This document shows positions 35,448 to 46,258 of a stretch of 58,892 nt of DNA, piece by piece (within the stretch, counting starts at the first letter, position 1; every line of letters starts with the position of its first letter). Source of the DNA: a virus (lineage: Duplodnaviria > Caudoviricetes); IMG/VR virus record IMGVR_UViG_3300012912_000001, positions 1 through 58,892 of that record; one strand, 5' to 3'. The position numbers were made by a program, and so were the translations under genes. The notes under the pieces were generated by a model. The model ran no database searches, had not been told where the DNA came from, and saw only the letters and a program-made list of their open reading frames with translations.

Positions 35448-36542
35448 TCAAGGGAGGTCATAGTCGACCTCACAGAACCGGACAAAATTTGTTGCCCCGC
35501 TAAGATTTGCCACGGCACGGATTGAATATCCGTTGCTAGCCGCAGTCACTGTTGTTAGCCCGGTCATGGTGAGAGTTTGCGACGTCCCAGCTCCGGTTGA
35601 TGTCGCCGAGGAGGCGATGGTAACGCCGGCGCCGGTGGCGTCGTTTCGGCTGAAATCAGCGAAGATAGTTGCACCGGCCGTATCTTGAATGAACACACGT
35701 ATGGCCAGAATCCGCACTCCAACCCGAAGTACAGGAATAGATAGTATTGCCTGAAGCGTGGGAGTTTGCAGGGCGAAGCCGTTGCCCGTGGACCTCAGCG
35801 CTGAACTGTTTGCGATCTCCTGGAATGCTGTTCCATGGAAGATCATCGTTCGCGTCCCGTGAGAGTCACTCGCGGATATGACGCCAGAGGCGCTCATCTG
35901 CAGGAACGCTGCAGCCGCGGGCAGCGCGGCCGGGAGCGTTGCATCGTAGCTCGCGGCAAGAGAGGTCGGGCTCTTGAGCCTGACGCGATTCGCGGGCACT
36001 CCTGCAGCCGGCTGGGCCTTGAATTCGTAGAAATCAACGTCGCCGGTCTGCAGGCGCGCGAACTGGCGCACGCCGGTACCGATTTGCTGGCGCAGCGCGT
36101 ACGTGTCCGTCGTGTCCGTGAAGTCGATGAGCGCACCGACGCTGGCGTAGTCGCCGCCGATGGTCCCCGTCAGCGATACGTTGAGCGTCGTGCCGTTCGT
36201 GATGCGGACGTTGGCGCCGCCGGTGGTTCGCCAGTTGAGCTCGTTTGTCGCGCTGTCCACGAACAGGGCCCCCGCGTACGCGGTCATCGCTGACGTCGGC
36301 AGCGGCTGGAAGTCGATGGCCTTGAGCCCGGTGATGGCGAAGAAGTTCCCGCCGCTCGCCCACGGGACGTCAGCGGTGACCGTCGCGCCGGTCGCGAGGG
36401 GAACCTTGACGCCCTTGCCGCCGCTGTGGTCGTGCTGGTCGATGAGATCCGCCTGCGCATCGAGCAGGAGGTCCCAGACATCGTCGTCGCCGTTCTCCGT
36501 CGGCTTGATGAGACCCATGTTCGGGGTAGGTGTCTGTGGCAT
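35448..36542 (-). CDS. Tail fibre-like protein
   Basis: TPNMGLIKP..., IDQHDH anchor; beta-rich; lower-GC 3' part. Confidence 0.65.
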   Translation of the reverse strand: MPQTPTPNMGLIKPTENGDDDVWDLLLDAQADLIDQHDHSGGKGVKVPLATGATVTADVPWASGGNFFAITGLKAIDFQPLPTSAMTAYAGALFVDSATNELNWRTTGGANVRITNGTTLNVSLTGTIGGDYASVGALIDFTDTTDTYALRQQIGTGVRQFARLQTGDVDFYEFKAQPAAGVPANRVRLKSPTSLAASYDATLPAALPAAAAFLQMSASGVISASDSHGTRTMIFHGTAFQEIANSSALRSTGNGFALQTPTLQAILSIPVLRVGVRILAIRVFIQDTAGATIFADFSRNDATGAGVTIASSATSTGAGTSQTLTMTGLTTVTAASNGYSIRAVANLSGATNFVRFCEVDYDLP

Positions 36543-36553
36543 ATGACCTCAGC

Positions 36554-37348
36554 TCAGCTGTACTCGTCGATAACGAAGGCCGCAGCACCCCCGGCTCCGC
36601 CCGCTCGGTTGACCGTCTGCGCGGCGCCGCCGCCACCTCCACCGCCATAGCTCGAGCCTGCAAGGCCGGGGGTGCTGCCGCCGACGCCGAGTCCGCCGGG
36701 CCCGAGCTCCGTACTGCCGCCGCTGCCCGAGCTCCACGCAGCGCCGCCCACGACAAGGCCGTTGGCGCCGGGCCCGAACGTGACGACGCCTCCGCCTGAT
36801 GTCCCCGCGGCAGGCGTGTTGGCCATCGCGATAGCGTCGGTGAGGGTGCTGGCTCCGAGCGCTCCGCCAGCGCCGCCCTTGGCCACGTACGTGACCCCGT
36901 TGACGACGATGGTGCTATCGCCGCCGGCGCCGCCCGGTCCACCGCTGACTGGCGTGCCGCCGGCGCCGCATGCGTAAGCGCCGCCCGTTAGCGGTACCCC
37001 CCGGGTGCCGAGCACGAGGTCGAACATCACGCCGGAACTGCCGCCGGCGCCGGCGCCGACCCCAACGCCCACCGCTGTCGCCCCGCCTCCAGCACCTCCG
37101 CCACCGATGCCACGCACGCGCGCCATCGTTGCCCCGGGGGCGGGGGTGTACGTGCCGGACAGCGTGATGATTTGGCGCCCCAGGTAGCGACCGGTCAGCG
37201 TCGCGAGGCGTCCGGCCTGCGACTCGAGCCTGGCGATAGCCTCGGCGTGCGACGTGGACTCGCGCGCGAGCACCGCCTCGTCGGCGTTGACCAGCGATGG
37301 AATCAGCCTAGGCGAAGGCTGTGGGGCATCGACCTTGGAGATACCCAT
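36554..37348 (-). CDS. Glycine-rich tail-associated protein
   Basis: SGTYTP, GGGGAGGG, YGGGGGGG, GAGG...IDEY. Confidence 0.7.
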   Translation of the reverse strand: MGISKVDAPQPSPRLIPSLVNADEAVLARESTSHAEAIARLESQAGRLATLTGRYLGRQIITLSGTYTPAPGATMARVRGIGGGGAGGGATAVGVGVGAGAGGSSGVMFDLVLGTRGVPLTGGAYACGAGGTPVSGGPGGAGGDSTIVVNGVTYVAKGGAGGALGASTLTDAIAMANTPAAGTSGGGVVTFGPGANGLVVGGAAWSSGSGGSTELGPGGLGVGGSTPGLAGSSYGGGGGGGAAQTVNRAGGAGGAAAFVIDEYS

Positions 37349-38073
37349 CAGCTCGTCCAGTAGGCCTCATCGTCGTCATCGCACGCGCCGCCAGTGGCAC
37401 CGTATGGGTTGAGGTAGAAGGGTTCGACGTCGCGCCCATCGCTCGCCGCCGAGATGTTCGCGGTCAGGCGCTGAATCTCGCGCACCTGCACGCTGACGTC
37501 TTGCTCCTGGCGGTCGCGGCATCGCATCACGACGATTTGGAACACGAGCTCCTCGTAGCCGTTGATACCGTCGAAGGTGTCCGCGTCGTCGGCCATGCGC
37601 GGAGCAACCGGGATGTAGAACATCCGAAGCTGCTCCGCGGCCTGTGGCGTGGGATGCAGGACGAGCGTGTTCCCCTGCAGCCGGTACCGGTAGTTCTTCC
37701 CCTGCAGGTTCGCGATGTGGTGCGAGACGTCGAGGTCGACCTTGCGGATGCGTCGCCATCCAGACCTCGACGACGGGTCGGCGATTTCCAGCTTGCGCAG
37801 CTGGTAGAACCCATCTGGCAGCGGCGATTTCTCGAACCCAGGGCTCGTCGTGATGTTGATGCTCGCGACGAGGAGGTCGTCACGCTTGCTCTTGAGCAGG
37901 TCCCAGACCTCGCGGACGCCTCGATTGATGAAGTTGTTGAGCAGCGCGTCGGTGATGTCCGAGCTGTTCTCCCATGAGCCCTCGAGCCTGATGGCTTCGC
38001 GCATCCGGGCCAGCGTGACCGTCGCTCCGGCAGGCCCACCGAGGAGGAATGACAGGTAGGCGGCAAGCGTCAT
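37348..38073 (-). CDS. Head-tail adaptor / tail tubular A-like protein
   Basis: TL..MR..IR...ITD..L..FIN, LPDGF, LVLHPTP, YIP motifs; start coupled to the tailspike stop. Confidence 0.65.
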   Translation of the reverse strand: MTLAAYLSFLLGGPAGATVTLARMREAIRLEGSWENSSDITDALLNNFINRGVREVWDLLKSKRDDLLVASINITTSPGFEKSPLPDGFYQLRKLEIADPSSRSGWRRIRKVDLDVSHHIANLQGKNYRYRLQGNTLVLHPTPQAAEQLRMFYIPVAPRMADDADTFDGINGYEELVFQIVVMRCRDRQEQDVSVQVREIQRLTANISAASDGRDVEPFYLNPYGATGGACDDDDEAYWTS

Positions 38074-39833
38074 AGGTTGTCCAGGATGACCAGCCACTTC
38101 AAGATGGATGGGCTGTAGAAGAGGACCGCGCCTCGGTTGAGACCGAGCACGACGTTCGCGGCGCCGGTGCCGACGATTTGGTTCGAGGTCGTCGAAGAGC
38201 CAGAGACGTGAACGAGCGTGATGTTGTTCGCGCTGTTGTTGTAGACGACGAGGACGCGCCCTGCCGCGCCGGTCGCGAACCCGGTGATGTTGACCGGCGT
38301 GCTCGCCGTCAAGAGCAGCACGTTGGCGAGCGCCATGTTCGTCGGCGAGTAGTTGTCTTGGCTCGCACCGAGAATGGTCGGCGCAATCTCGGCGTTGAAC
38401 CGGACCTGGCTTAGGAACTGGAACGAGTTGTAGATGGTGCCGACGCCCGAGTTGTCGAAGTTCAGGAGGTCGACGCCGCCGGACCGATTCCGAACCCGCC
38501 AGTTCGATGAGTCCGGAAAAATCAGTTCGAACACGCCGCCACCCGTGGCGACGTTGCGCTGCATCGTGATAGCGCGGTTGTTCGCGGCGTCTGCCACGAC
38601 GTCGATACCGGCACCGTTCACGCTGTTGCCGGTGAGCCGACCGTTGAGGTCGAACCACGCGCGGTCGGTGCCGCCGGAATCCTGGAACGCGATGCTCTTG
38701 GCGTTCACGCCGGCGTCGGGAATGAACCGCAGGCCGCCGCGCATGAGCACGTCCGGCGTGACGTAGCGCGAGACGTTCACCGCGCCCACGTTCACGCCGT
38801 TCTTCTGGTCCCGGATGATGGTCGCGATGAGGTTCGGGTTGTAGATGGGCCCGATTTCGATGCCGACGTTCTGCGCGACGTTGGTTATTTTCACGCCCTC
38901 GGACACCGTTGCAGGGTCAGCGAGGAGTTGCACGCCGTCAACCTTGGCGTACGCCACCCCGTCGAAGGTGATGCCGGTGCGTCCGGTTGGAGCGTCCCCG
39001 AGCTCGATGTGCACGTTGTGTAGGTTGAACTGAGCGCAGCGCCCCAGTCCTTGCAGGTACACGGCACTGCATCCAGTGCCAGGGCGCTCGGCCGTTAGGT
39101 TGTACACGTCGATTCCGGTCGCCGCTCCGGTGTTGGTTACGTCCTCTCCGAGGTAGACACAGTGCCCGCCGTGCCCGACGACAAACGTGTTATCGACCAG
39201 CACCGGGCCCATGCCCCCTGGGCTACCGGATGCCAGTAGGCGAAGCCCGATGTTGCTCCCCTCGACGATGACCACATCGCGGATGAAGGTGTTGATGAAC
39301 AGGCTGACACCATCCACCACAGCCGAACTGCAGATAGCACCACCGCCGCGGTTCCCTTGGACTTGGATGCCTTCCAGGAAGAAGAACTCTTGGTTGCCAT
39401 CCTTGAGCGCGTTCGTGATGAGCGATGTCGAATTGAACGCGTTGCCAGCTCGGATGATGGTGGCCGTCGGGCCGCGCCCGCCGGCCCCACGGATGCCCAC
39501 GCCATTGGGGACTACCAGCGGCGTGTTGCATACGTAGAGACCCTTGGGGAGGTCAACGAACCCGCCGTAGGTCCCTGGCGCCCCGGCCGCTGCGGCGGCT
39601 GCGATGGCCGCCTGGATGGCCGGAGCATCGTCCGCGGAGCCATCGCCGACCGCGCCGTACGCCATGACGTTGTACGACTGGTTGCGGAGGAGCTTGCGGA
39701 TGTCCTCCAGCGCAACAAAGACGGCGTTGCCGTCGATGCTGCGCCAGAGGATGGTGGGGTCAACCCCGTCGTATGTGACGCCGTCCGACTTCGCAGCCGG
39801 CAACGGGGTGTTGTCGTAGACGAAGTTGGACAT
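38070..39833 (-). CDS. Tailspike with pectate_lyase_3 beta-helix
   Basis: YNVMAYGAVGDGSADDAPAIQAAI...LPKGLY. Confidence 0.85.
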   Translation of the reverse strand: MSNFVYDNTPLPAAKSDGVTYDGVDPTILWRSIDGNAVFVALEDIRKLLRNQSYNVMAYGAVGDGSADDAPAIQAAIAAAAAAGAPGTYGGFVDLPKGLYVCNTPLVVPNGVGIRGAGGRGPTATIIRAGNAFNSTSLITNALKDGNQEFFFLEGIQVQGNRGGGAICSSAVVDGVSLFINTFIRDVVIVEGSNIGLRLLASGSPGGMGPVLVDNTFVVGHGGHCVYLGEDVTNTGAATGIDVYNLTAERPGTGCSAVYLQGLGRCAQFNLHNVHIELGDAPTGRTGITFDGVAYAKVDGVQLLADPATVSEGVKITNVAQNVGIEIGPIYNPNLIATIIRDQKNGVNVGAVNVSRYVTPDVLMRGGLRFIPDAGVNAKSIAFQDSGGTDRAWFDLNGRLTGNSVNGAGIDVVADAANNRAITMQRNVATGGGVFELIFPDSSNWRVRNRSGGVDLLNFDNSGVGTIYNSFQFLSQVRFNAEIAPTILGASQDNYSPTNMALANVLLLTASTPVNITGFATGAAGRVLVVYNNSANNITLVHVSGSSTTSNQIVGTGAANVVLGLNRGAVLFYSPSILKWLVILDNL

Positions 39834-39839
39834 GGCGGC

Positions 39840-40259
39840 TCAGTAGTCCGGGAAGTTCTTCTGTCCCAAGATGGTGAAGCGACAGAAGTCGGTGGTTGCG
39901 AGGTCCGTGGCCGTCCCAGCGGCGTTGTAGCTCGAGAACGAGATGACCCTCGTGACCGGGTTGTATCCGGTCACCTGGACTCGCTTCCCGTCAGTGCCGA
40001 CGACGTTCGGGATGATGTCGAGAATCGTCGGGAACCCGTCACGCAGCTTGGCCGTGTACACGCCGGCACCGGAACGCGCGATGTCACCCGCGGTTCGACT
40101 GACCCAGTTGTTGCTCCGATGCATGAACACGAGCGAGTTCGTCGTGCTCGGCGTGATAGTCGGGACGGTCGGCGCTGCGGCACCAGCCCCCTGCACTGCC
40201 GCCCACTGCGTGATTTGTTCACGCGGCATGGCGAAGCACTGGTTCTCTGATTCGTTCAT
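39840..40259 (-). CDS. Putative virion protein after the capsid gene
   Basis: Position and RBS GAGGTG. Confidence 0.55.
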   Translation of the reverse strand: MNESENQCFAMPREQITQWAAVQGAGAAAPTVPTITPSTTNSLVFMHRSNNWVSRTAGDIARSGAGVYTAKLRDGFPTILDIIPNVVGTDGKRVQVTGYNPVTRVISFSSYNAAGTATDLATTDFCRFTILGQKNFPDY

Positions 40260-40268
40260 CGCATCACC

Positions 40269-41531
40269 TCAGGGCAGCACAATGACGACGTTGTAGCCCG
40301 GCGCCTTGCAGCTGAAGTTGTAGTACTCGCCGATGCGGGCCTCGTAGCCGTCGTTCGCCTCGGAGACCTTGATGATGCTGCCAGCGCGCTTCTGGAGGAA
40401 GTTCGGCGCGGGGCCAGCCGAGAACATGCAGAAGGTCGCCCAGGTCACCACGTACACGCGCTTCACGGGGCAGCAGCGGTCCGTGTAGAGCGTGATGTCG
40501 TGGCCGTTGAGGTTGACCTTGAAGCCGGCGTAACCGATGCCAGCGACCTTCTTTCCGTCGTAGCCGACGGCGCTGGTGATAACCCACTTGCCCTCGAGCT
40601 GCTTCGCGAGCGTCCCGAAGGTAAACGGATTGAACCACCCAACGTCCGGGTCACCGCCGATGTTGTCGCCCGCGGCGACCGCATCGACGAGGAGGTTCGC
40701 GAGCGACGCACCAGACGAGCCGTCGATACGCAGGCCGCCGAGGTAGTCCGATTCGGTGGTGCGGTCGACGTTGTAGAACAGCGTCGCGCTCGGCGCTGTA
40801 TCGGGCACCCAGTCGGCGAGGCCGGACGCGGCCAGGAATCCGCCAGCCGCCGGGATGTCGCCATTGAGGTAAATGAAGTCCGTGTTGACGAGTGCCGCGA
40901 TGCCGGTGGTGCCAGCAACGGTCGTCGTGAACGCGCCCGTCGTGCGCGTGACCGTGGCGATAGTCAGCGTCGCACCGGCGGAGCGCAGCGCGCCGCCGAG
41001 GGTAGCCGAGGCGACAATCTGCTCGCCCTGGCGGACGCCCCACATCGACGAGCGGTCCGCGAACGCGAGGCTCGTGGTCGCAACGTTGACGACACCATCA
41101 AGCGCGCCAACCTCGCCCGCCTGCGTGCGGAAGAAGCGGAAGTTGATGTAGTTGCCCTCGGCCTCGAGTCCGTTATCGAACTCGTCGAACGCGCTCTCGA
41201 ACGCGTCTTCGTCGCCGGTGATGGTCGCCTCGATGGCCTGGTTGTCGACCTTGGCGATGCGGTAGTGCGACTTGCGGGTGACGTTGAAGTTCTTGTAGGC
41301 CGAGACGTTGTTCTGTGCGTTCGTGACCGCGACGCTGAACGTGCTCGCGCCGCCGCCGGGCAGCGCCGTCATGATGGGCTGCACCCACTCACGGCCGCCG
41401 ACCATCTTCTTCTGCGACTTGTTCAGCATGCCGGTTGCGCGGTTGCGCTGCATCGCCATGCGTGCGACTTCGAACGGTGAGTAGTGCTCCTTGACCATCG
41501 GGTCAAAGGCGGCGAGGTCCAAAACTGCCAT
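40269..41531 (-). CDS. Major capsid protein
   Basis: 420 aa, directly after the scaffold; K..Y N-terminus, GL..W, LFYNVDR patterns. Confidence 0.75.
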   Translation of the reverse strand: MAVLDLAAFDPMVKEHYSPFEVARMAMQRNRATGMLNKSQKKMVGGREWVQPIMTALPGGGASTFSVAVTNAQNNVSAYKNFNVTRKSHYRIAKVDNQAIEATITGDEDAFESAFDEFDNGLEAEGNYINFRFFRTQAGEVGALDGVVNVATTSLAFADRSSMWGVRQGEQIVASATLGGALRSAGATLTIATVTRTTGAFTTTVAGTTGIAALVNTDFIYLNGDIPAAGGFLAASGLADWVPDTAPSATLFYNVDRTTESDYLGGLRIDGSSGASLANLLVDAVAAGDNIGGDPDVGWFNPFTFGTLAKQLEGKWVITSAVGYDGKKVAGIGYAGFKVNLNGHDITLYTDRCCPVKRVYVVTWATFCMFSAGPAPNFLQKRAGSIIKVSEANDGYEARIGEYYNFSCKAPGYNVVIVLP

Positions 41532-41566
41532 GTGCGTGGTTCCTTAGGGTGTGATGTGTTGCTGCA

Positions 41567-42895
41567 TCACTGCTCGACGAATCGCGACCGGTGCCTCTGG
41601 AAGCTCGCGCGGAGCAGTCCATGGCGACGGTCGCGATGGTCCTCGAACTCGGGCCCGTCTGTGTCTGTGGTCGGGGCGGCGGTCGGAGCAGCAGTCAGCG
41701 TCTGAGGGCGAGGAACCTGACCGCCCGGGACCTGAGAGACGACTGGCGCTGGCTTGGCCGCCGCGACGGCCGGAGCCGGAGCAGCAGTGCTGGGATTGAA
41801 TCGAGCGCGAAGCGACTCGGCCTCTTTGAGGGCCTTCTCGACGCGCGGCTTGTAGTGGTTGTTGGCCATCAGGGCCGCAGCCTTCCAGTCGGCCGGTTGC
41901 CCCTTCTTCAGTTGCTCGCGGATGATTTCGACGACGATGCCGGCCGGGTTGTCGGTCACCCCGAGCGCAGCGAGCGCATGAAGGTGCGGATAGCTGCCCT
42001 TGCTGTCTTCGGAGTTCACGAGCCGCGTGACCGTCTCTACGGCCTGGCGCTCGCGCTGCTGTTGGTCGAGCTTCGCCCTCTCGTCCTGCGCGGCCTTATC
42101 CGCGGCCTCGCGCTCTTCCTTGAGCGCGCGCTCACGACGCTCGACGTCCGCCTTGTAGGCGCGGACCGTGCGCACCGCCTTGCGGCTGTCCAGCCCGCTC
42201 TTGACCGTGTCGGGCATCTTGATGCCGAGCACGTTCTCCGAGATGTCGGTGACGACGTCCGAGAGGACCTCCTTGAGTTCCTCGTCGGAGGTGACGCCGT
42301 AGACCTCCTTGAGGTACGCCGAGAGCACAGCGGCCGGGCGCTCGACGATTTCCGTACGGTCGGGCCACTGCTTCTCGCGGGCGGCGATAGCTTTCTCTCG
42401 GTCCTCCAGCTGCTTCGCGCGCTCCTCGAGCGCCTTCACACGAAGCTCGTGCGCGACGCGGCGCTGCTCTTCCTCGGCGCGCGCCATGATGTCTGCCGCA
42501 GCGGACTGAGCGGACGCCTGTGGGTCAGGTTGCGGCGCGGCCGGGGCTTCGCGCAGTATGGTAGGCTCTGGCTTCGTCGCCGCGCGCGCTTGTGCCTCTG
42601 CCGCGCGCGAGGGCGACGCGGGGGTCGTGGTCAGGGCCGGCTCGTGCTCCATCGGCTCGAGGTCAGCCGCCTCATCGGCGATGGTGACCACGGTGTCAGC
42701 CTGAGCCGCGAGCTTGGCGATGCCACGAAGCGCATCGCGCGTCTTCTGCGAGACGTTGCGCGACTCGCGGATGGAGCTCGTGGAATCCGCCGGCGGACTG
42801 CCGAGGTCATCGCTGCCTCCATCCGTAGGAGATGAGACGACGACCGGCTTGGTCGTGGATTCCATCGAGATTGCAGGCATGAAATCGTCAGACAT
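41567..42895 (-). CDS. Scaffolding protein
   Basis: Highly charged coiled coil between the portal and capsid genes. Confidence 0.7.
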   Translation of the reverse strand: MSDDFMPAISMESTTKPVVVSSPTDGGSDDLGSPPADSTSSIRESRNVSQKTRDALRGIAKLAAQADTVVTIADEAADLEPMEHEPALTTTPASPSRAAEAQARAATKPEPTILREAPAAPQPDPQASAQSAAADIMARAEEEQRRVAHELRVKALEERAKQLEDREKAIAAREKQWPDRTEIVERPAAVLSAYLKEVYGVTSDEELKEVLSDVVTDISENVLGIKMPDTVKSGLDSRKAVRTVRAYKADVERRERALKEEREAADKAAQDERAKLDQQQRERQAVETVTRLVNSEDSKGSYPHLHALAALGVTDNPAGIVVEIIREQLKKGQPADWKAAALMANNHYKPRVEKALKEAESLRARFNPSTAAPAPAVAAAKPAPVVSQVPGGQVPRPQTLTAAPTAAPTTDTDGPEFEDHRDRRHGLLRASFQRHRSRFVEQ

Positions 42896-44959
42896 TCAGG
42901 CTCCGAATGGCAGCGGGATGTCCGCGCCGCCTTGAATGGGGAGGGGCATGCCGGCTGCGAGCTGTGATGTCGCGCCGGCCATGGGGTCAGGGAGGATTCC
43001 GCCGGCCAAGGGCGCCGGCGGTGCGCCAGGAGGAAGGCCAGGGAGACCTGGGCCACCGGCCCCCATCGGCCCACCAGGCGGCATCGCGTTGGGGTCAGGC
43101 ATCGGCGGCGCAGCCATGCTCGTAACGGCGGCCTTCTGCTGCTCTTCGACCTCGAGGAGCATCCCAAGAAACCAGCGATAGCGGCCGATAACCTCATCGC
43201 TCGCCTCTTCGGCGTACGCGTTGCCAAGCTCGCCCTCGCACATCTCCTTGGCGAGACCGGGAGGCGAGAGCATGTACGGGGTCGGCGTGCAGTCCTCTTC
43301 CGGGATGTCCTCGTCGCCGAGCATCTCCATGACCTTCTCGAGCATCCGGTAGGGCCCAAGGAGATGCCGGTTCGCGCGCGCGATGTCGGGCTCATCGAAC
43401 AGCGACGCCATCTGCATCGGGTTCGTGAACAGGCCGGGAATCTTCGCGAGGTCGTTGAGCGCCTCGAGCTTGCCGCCGCGCGAGTCGGGAAGGAACCCGA
43501 CGGGCTCAGGCGCGAGGTGATAGCCGCCGTCCTCGAAGTCGAAGCGCTTCCAGTCGATGCGCTTCACCCAAGGTGCGAGCTCGTCCTTCTCATCGGACTC
43601 GTCCGAGTCGTAGTCGAGCTTCATCTCCTTCGCCTCGTCAAGGATACAGAGCCCGAGGTCGACCGTCGCTTGAGCAACCTGCCCCTCGAACTGCGCGAAG
43701 CGGTCGCTCTCGATGTCATAGACGGTCTCGATAGCCTTGCCGCTCGCGGCTGGACCCATCGGGCTCTTGCTCGCCGCGCTCGCCTGCGAGATGCCGCTGA
43801 TTTCGTACATCTGCTGAATCGTCCAGCGGATGGACTCCATCGCCTGCACCGAGGCCGGATTCGGCGCGACGAACGTCGGCACCGGGCCGTCGGTCTCGAT
43901 AACCGCGGGATGCCGCGCGCGCATGTGGTTCTTGTCCACGTTCGCTTGGCGCTGCGTGAACACCTTCAGCGCCGACCCCCAGTACAGCGCCTCTTGGTGG
44001 TCCGCCCACAGCTCATTCACCTTGTTTTGCGAGCCCGCCAGCTGCTGCACGAGGCCGATGCCCAAGAACCCGCGCATCGGCGGCGTCCACTGGATGCGCC
44101 CGAATGGATGACGCGGCCGAGTCCACATCCGCTCGCACAGCGGCTCGCCGCCGTCGCGCACGGCGATGCAGTGGCGACCGTCTTCGGCACCAGGGATGCT
44201 CGGCAGGTGCCATCCCTCGCACACCTCGACGTGCGAGTTATCGATGGGCATGTCGTAGTCGTACGGCGACCATGCATCACGGCTCGCAGGCTGGAGCTTC
44301 ATGATGCGCTTCCGCGCCTCGGGAAACATCGCCGCGAGCTGGTCGCGGTCGATGCGCTTCACCTGTGCGAGCGTCTGCGGCCAGCCGTTCACGGCCTCGG
44401 CGTCATCGAACACAATCTCCGAGCGTGGAACGCGCTCAAGGTCCACGTCGTTGCCGTTGCGAAAGACCTTGATAAGCCCGTCGCCGCGCACCACGGCGTC
44501 GCGAATCTGCATCGGACGCATGCGCTCGATGTCGGGCGCCGTGAGCTTCTTCCGGAAGACGCGCGAGGCGCGCTTGGCGTACAGCTTCTCGCTGTACTCG
44601 GCATCGTCGCAGCCGATAACCACCTGGGGCCGACGCTTCGACTGCCTGGACACCACCGTGTCCACCATGGACTGCAAGATGTTCAGGTACGACGACGCGA
44701 ACTTCTGCTTGCGCAGGAAGTCGTTCGCGGCGCTCGTCAGTCGCCGCCCAACCGGGCGCCCCTCGTAGATGGCCTCGTGGATGAGGTCGAGCGCGTTGTA
44801 GCCGCGAAGGTACGTGCGGCGCGCGTCGGTCCAGTTCCAGAACGCCAACGCCTGCTCTCGGCCCCTCGACTTCCACCACCGCGTCGTGGTGAACTCGGGC
44901 TCGTCGTCCGCAGGCCGCCCCGTGCGGCGGTCGGCGACGTCTTTGCTACGTCGCTTCAG
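42896..44959 (-). CDS. Portal protein (start probably CTG 44959; otherwise TTG 44848)
   Basis: About 650-690 aa; NI.QS.VD.VVS, G.G..KV, SG.AI motifs; Pro/Gly-rich tail; downstream of TerL. Confidence 0.8.
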   Translation of the reverse strand: MKRRSKDVADRRTGRPADDEPEFTTTRWWKSRGREQALAFWNWTDARRTYLRGYNALDLIHEAIYEGRPVGRRLTSAANDFLRKQKFASSYLNILQSMVDTVVSRQSKRRPQVVIGCDDAEYSEKLYAKRASRVFRKKLTAPDIERMRPMQIRDAVVRGDGLIKVFRNGNDVDLERVPRSEIVFDDAEAVNGWPQTLAQVKRIDRDQLAAMFPEARKRIMKLQPASRDAWSPYDYDMPIDNSHVEVCEGWHLPSIPGAEDGRHCIAVRDGGEPLCERMWTRPRHPFGRIQWTPPMRGFLGIGLVQQLAGSQNKVNELWADHQEALYWGSALKVFTQRQANVDKNHMRARHPAVIETDGPVPTFVAPNPASVQAMESIRWTIQQMYEISGISQASAASKSPMGPAASGKAIETVYDIESDRFAQFEGQVAQATVDLGLCILDEAKEMKLDYDSDESDEKDELAPWVKRIDWKRFDFEDGGYHLAPEPVGFLPDSRGGKLEALNDLAKIPGLFTNPMQMASLFDEPDIARANRHLLGPYRMLEKVMEMLGDEDIPEEDCTPTPYMLSPPGLAKEMCEGELGNAYAEEASDEVIGRYRWFLGMLLEVEEQQKAAVTSMAAPPMPDPNAMPPGGPMGAGGPGLPGLPPGAPPAPLAGGILPDPMAGATSQLAAGMPLPIQGGADIPLPFGA

Positions 44960-45985
44960 GTGTCATTGACACGGGCGATACCTGATTCCCTGCCAGAGGT
45001 TTCAGCGTCGAACATCTCGATGAAGCCGTTGCTCCAGTACCATCCGCAATGCTCGTCGCAAATCATCACACGATGAGTCCGCCGCGGCACAGATGCGTAG
45101 AACTTCCTCTCGCGCTCGTCTTCCGTCGGGTCGGTCACTCAGACCTCTGGTCTCGGGACCACCTGATGGCCTTGACGCACTCGCCGCATCGTCCGACCTC
45201 GACATCGCCGGCGTGCTCGCCGCAGAGCGGGCAGCGCACCACGCCGGCGACGCGATACGGCCCTCGGGCGTCGACCTTGAGAACAGCGCCCGGTCTGGCC
45301 CGCTTCGATAGCCCGACCACAAGCGCGGGCATATATATCCTGCGCAACTCCGCAGCGAATCGCGAGAAGTCCACGGCCTCGATGGCACGTCGCTTGATAT
45401 CGTGGAGTCGGCGCGCGCGAAACCGATACCACGGCGGACGCGGACCGAGCGCAGCAAGCCCGCGCTCGCGCTCGGCGAGGAGCTCGGGGTCAGCGGCGTC
45501 GAGCGCGCTCACTTGCCGCTCCAGACGCGTCGGTACTCGGCGTCCGCGAGTCGCCGCGCTGCCTCGTCCGCCTTGACGGGGGCCCATTCGTGACGCCAGC
45601 TGTTGTCTTCGGGGAGGACTTGCACGCGAGCAACAGGGACGTGCTCCACGCGACCGTCCGAGGTCACGCGCAGCCAGCCCTCGCCGAACATCTTGCGGTC
45701 TCGGTCCACCTTCGTGGCCGTGTCATCTGAAATCGTCGCCAGCATCTCTTTCACCTCGACCCTCCGTCGAGCGCGGTCATGTGTATCCACCTTGGCGCGA
45801 GCAGAATAACGCGTCGACGAACTGTGCAGCAGTGTAGCGCGACAGGAGGTCTTCGATGTGCTTCGGCTTATCAGCCGGATGCATGGATTCGATGTCGTCG
45901 ACCGCTGCCAGAATCTCGAATGCCGGGTCGCGTCCGAGCTGATGGGGGCCATACTCCGGCCGCGGGATGGCGTGGCTGAACGAAG

Positions 45986-46258
45986 TCATCGCCCGCCCCC
46001 ATCGAGCGCAGGCTCCAGGTCGCTGCCGCTGTCGGAGTCGCCGCCGGCCCCGCCGAGGCTCACCGCTTGCTTCCAGAGCTCACCGCCGTACTGCTCGTAG
46101 ATGGCCGGCAGCGGCGCACGCTCCTGGCGCTTCTGCTCGACCATGGGCACGGCCCCAAGCACGACGTGACATCCACCGACGGTGACCGCATCGAAGCGCA
46201 CGCCGCGCTCCAGCGCCCATTCAAGCAGGGCCGCAACCTGTGCAGCGTCACCCGTCAT
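45986..46258 (-). CDS. Hypothetical protein
   Basis: ORF immediately downstream of TerL. Confidence 0.45.
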   Translation of the reverse strand: MTGDAAQVAALLEWALERGVRFDAVTVGGCHVVLGAVPMVEQKRQERAPLPAIYEQYGGELWKQAVSLGGAGGDSDSGSDLEPALDGGGR

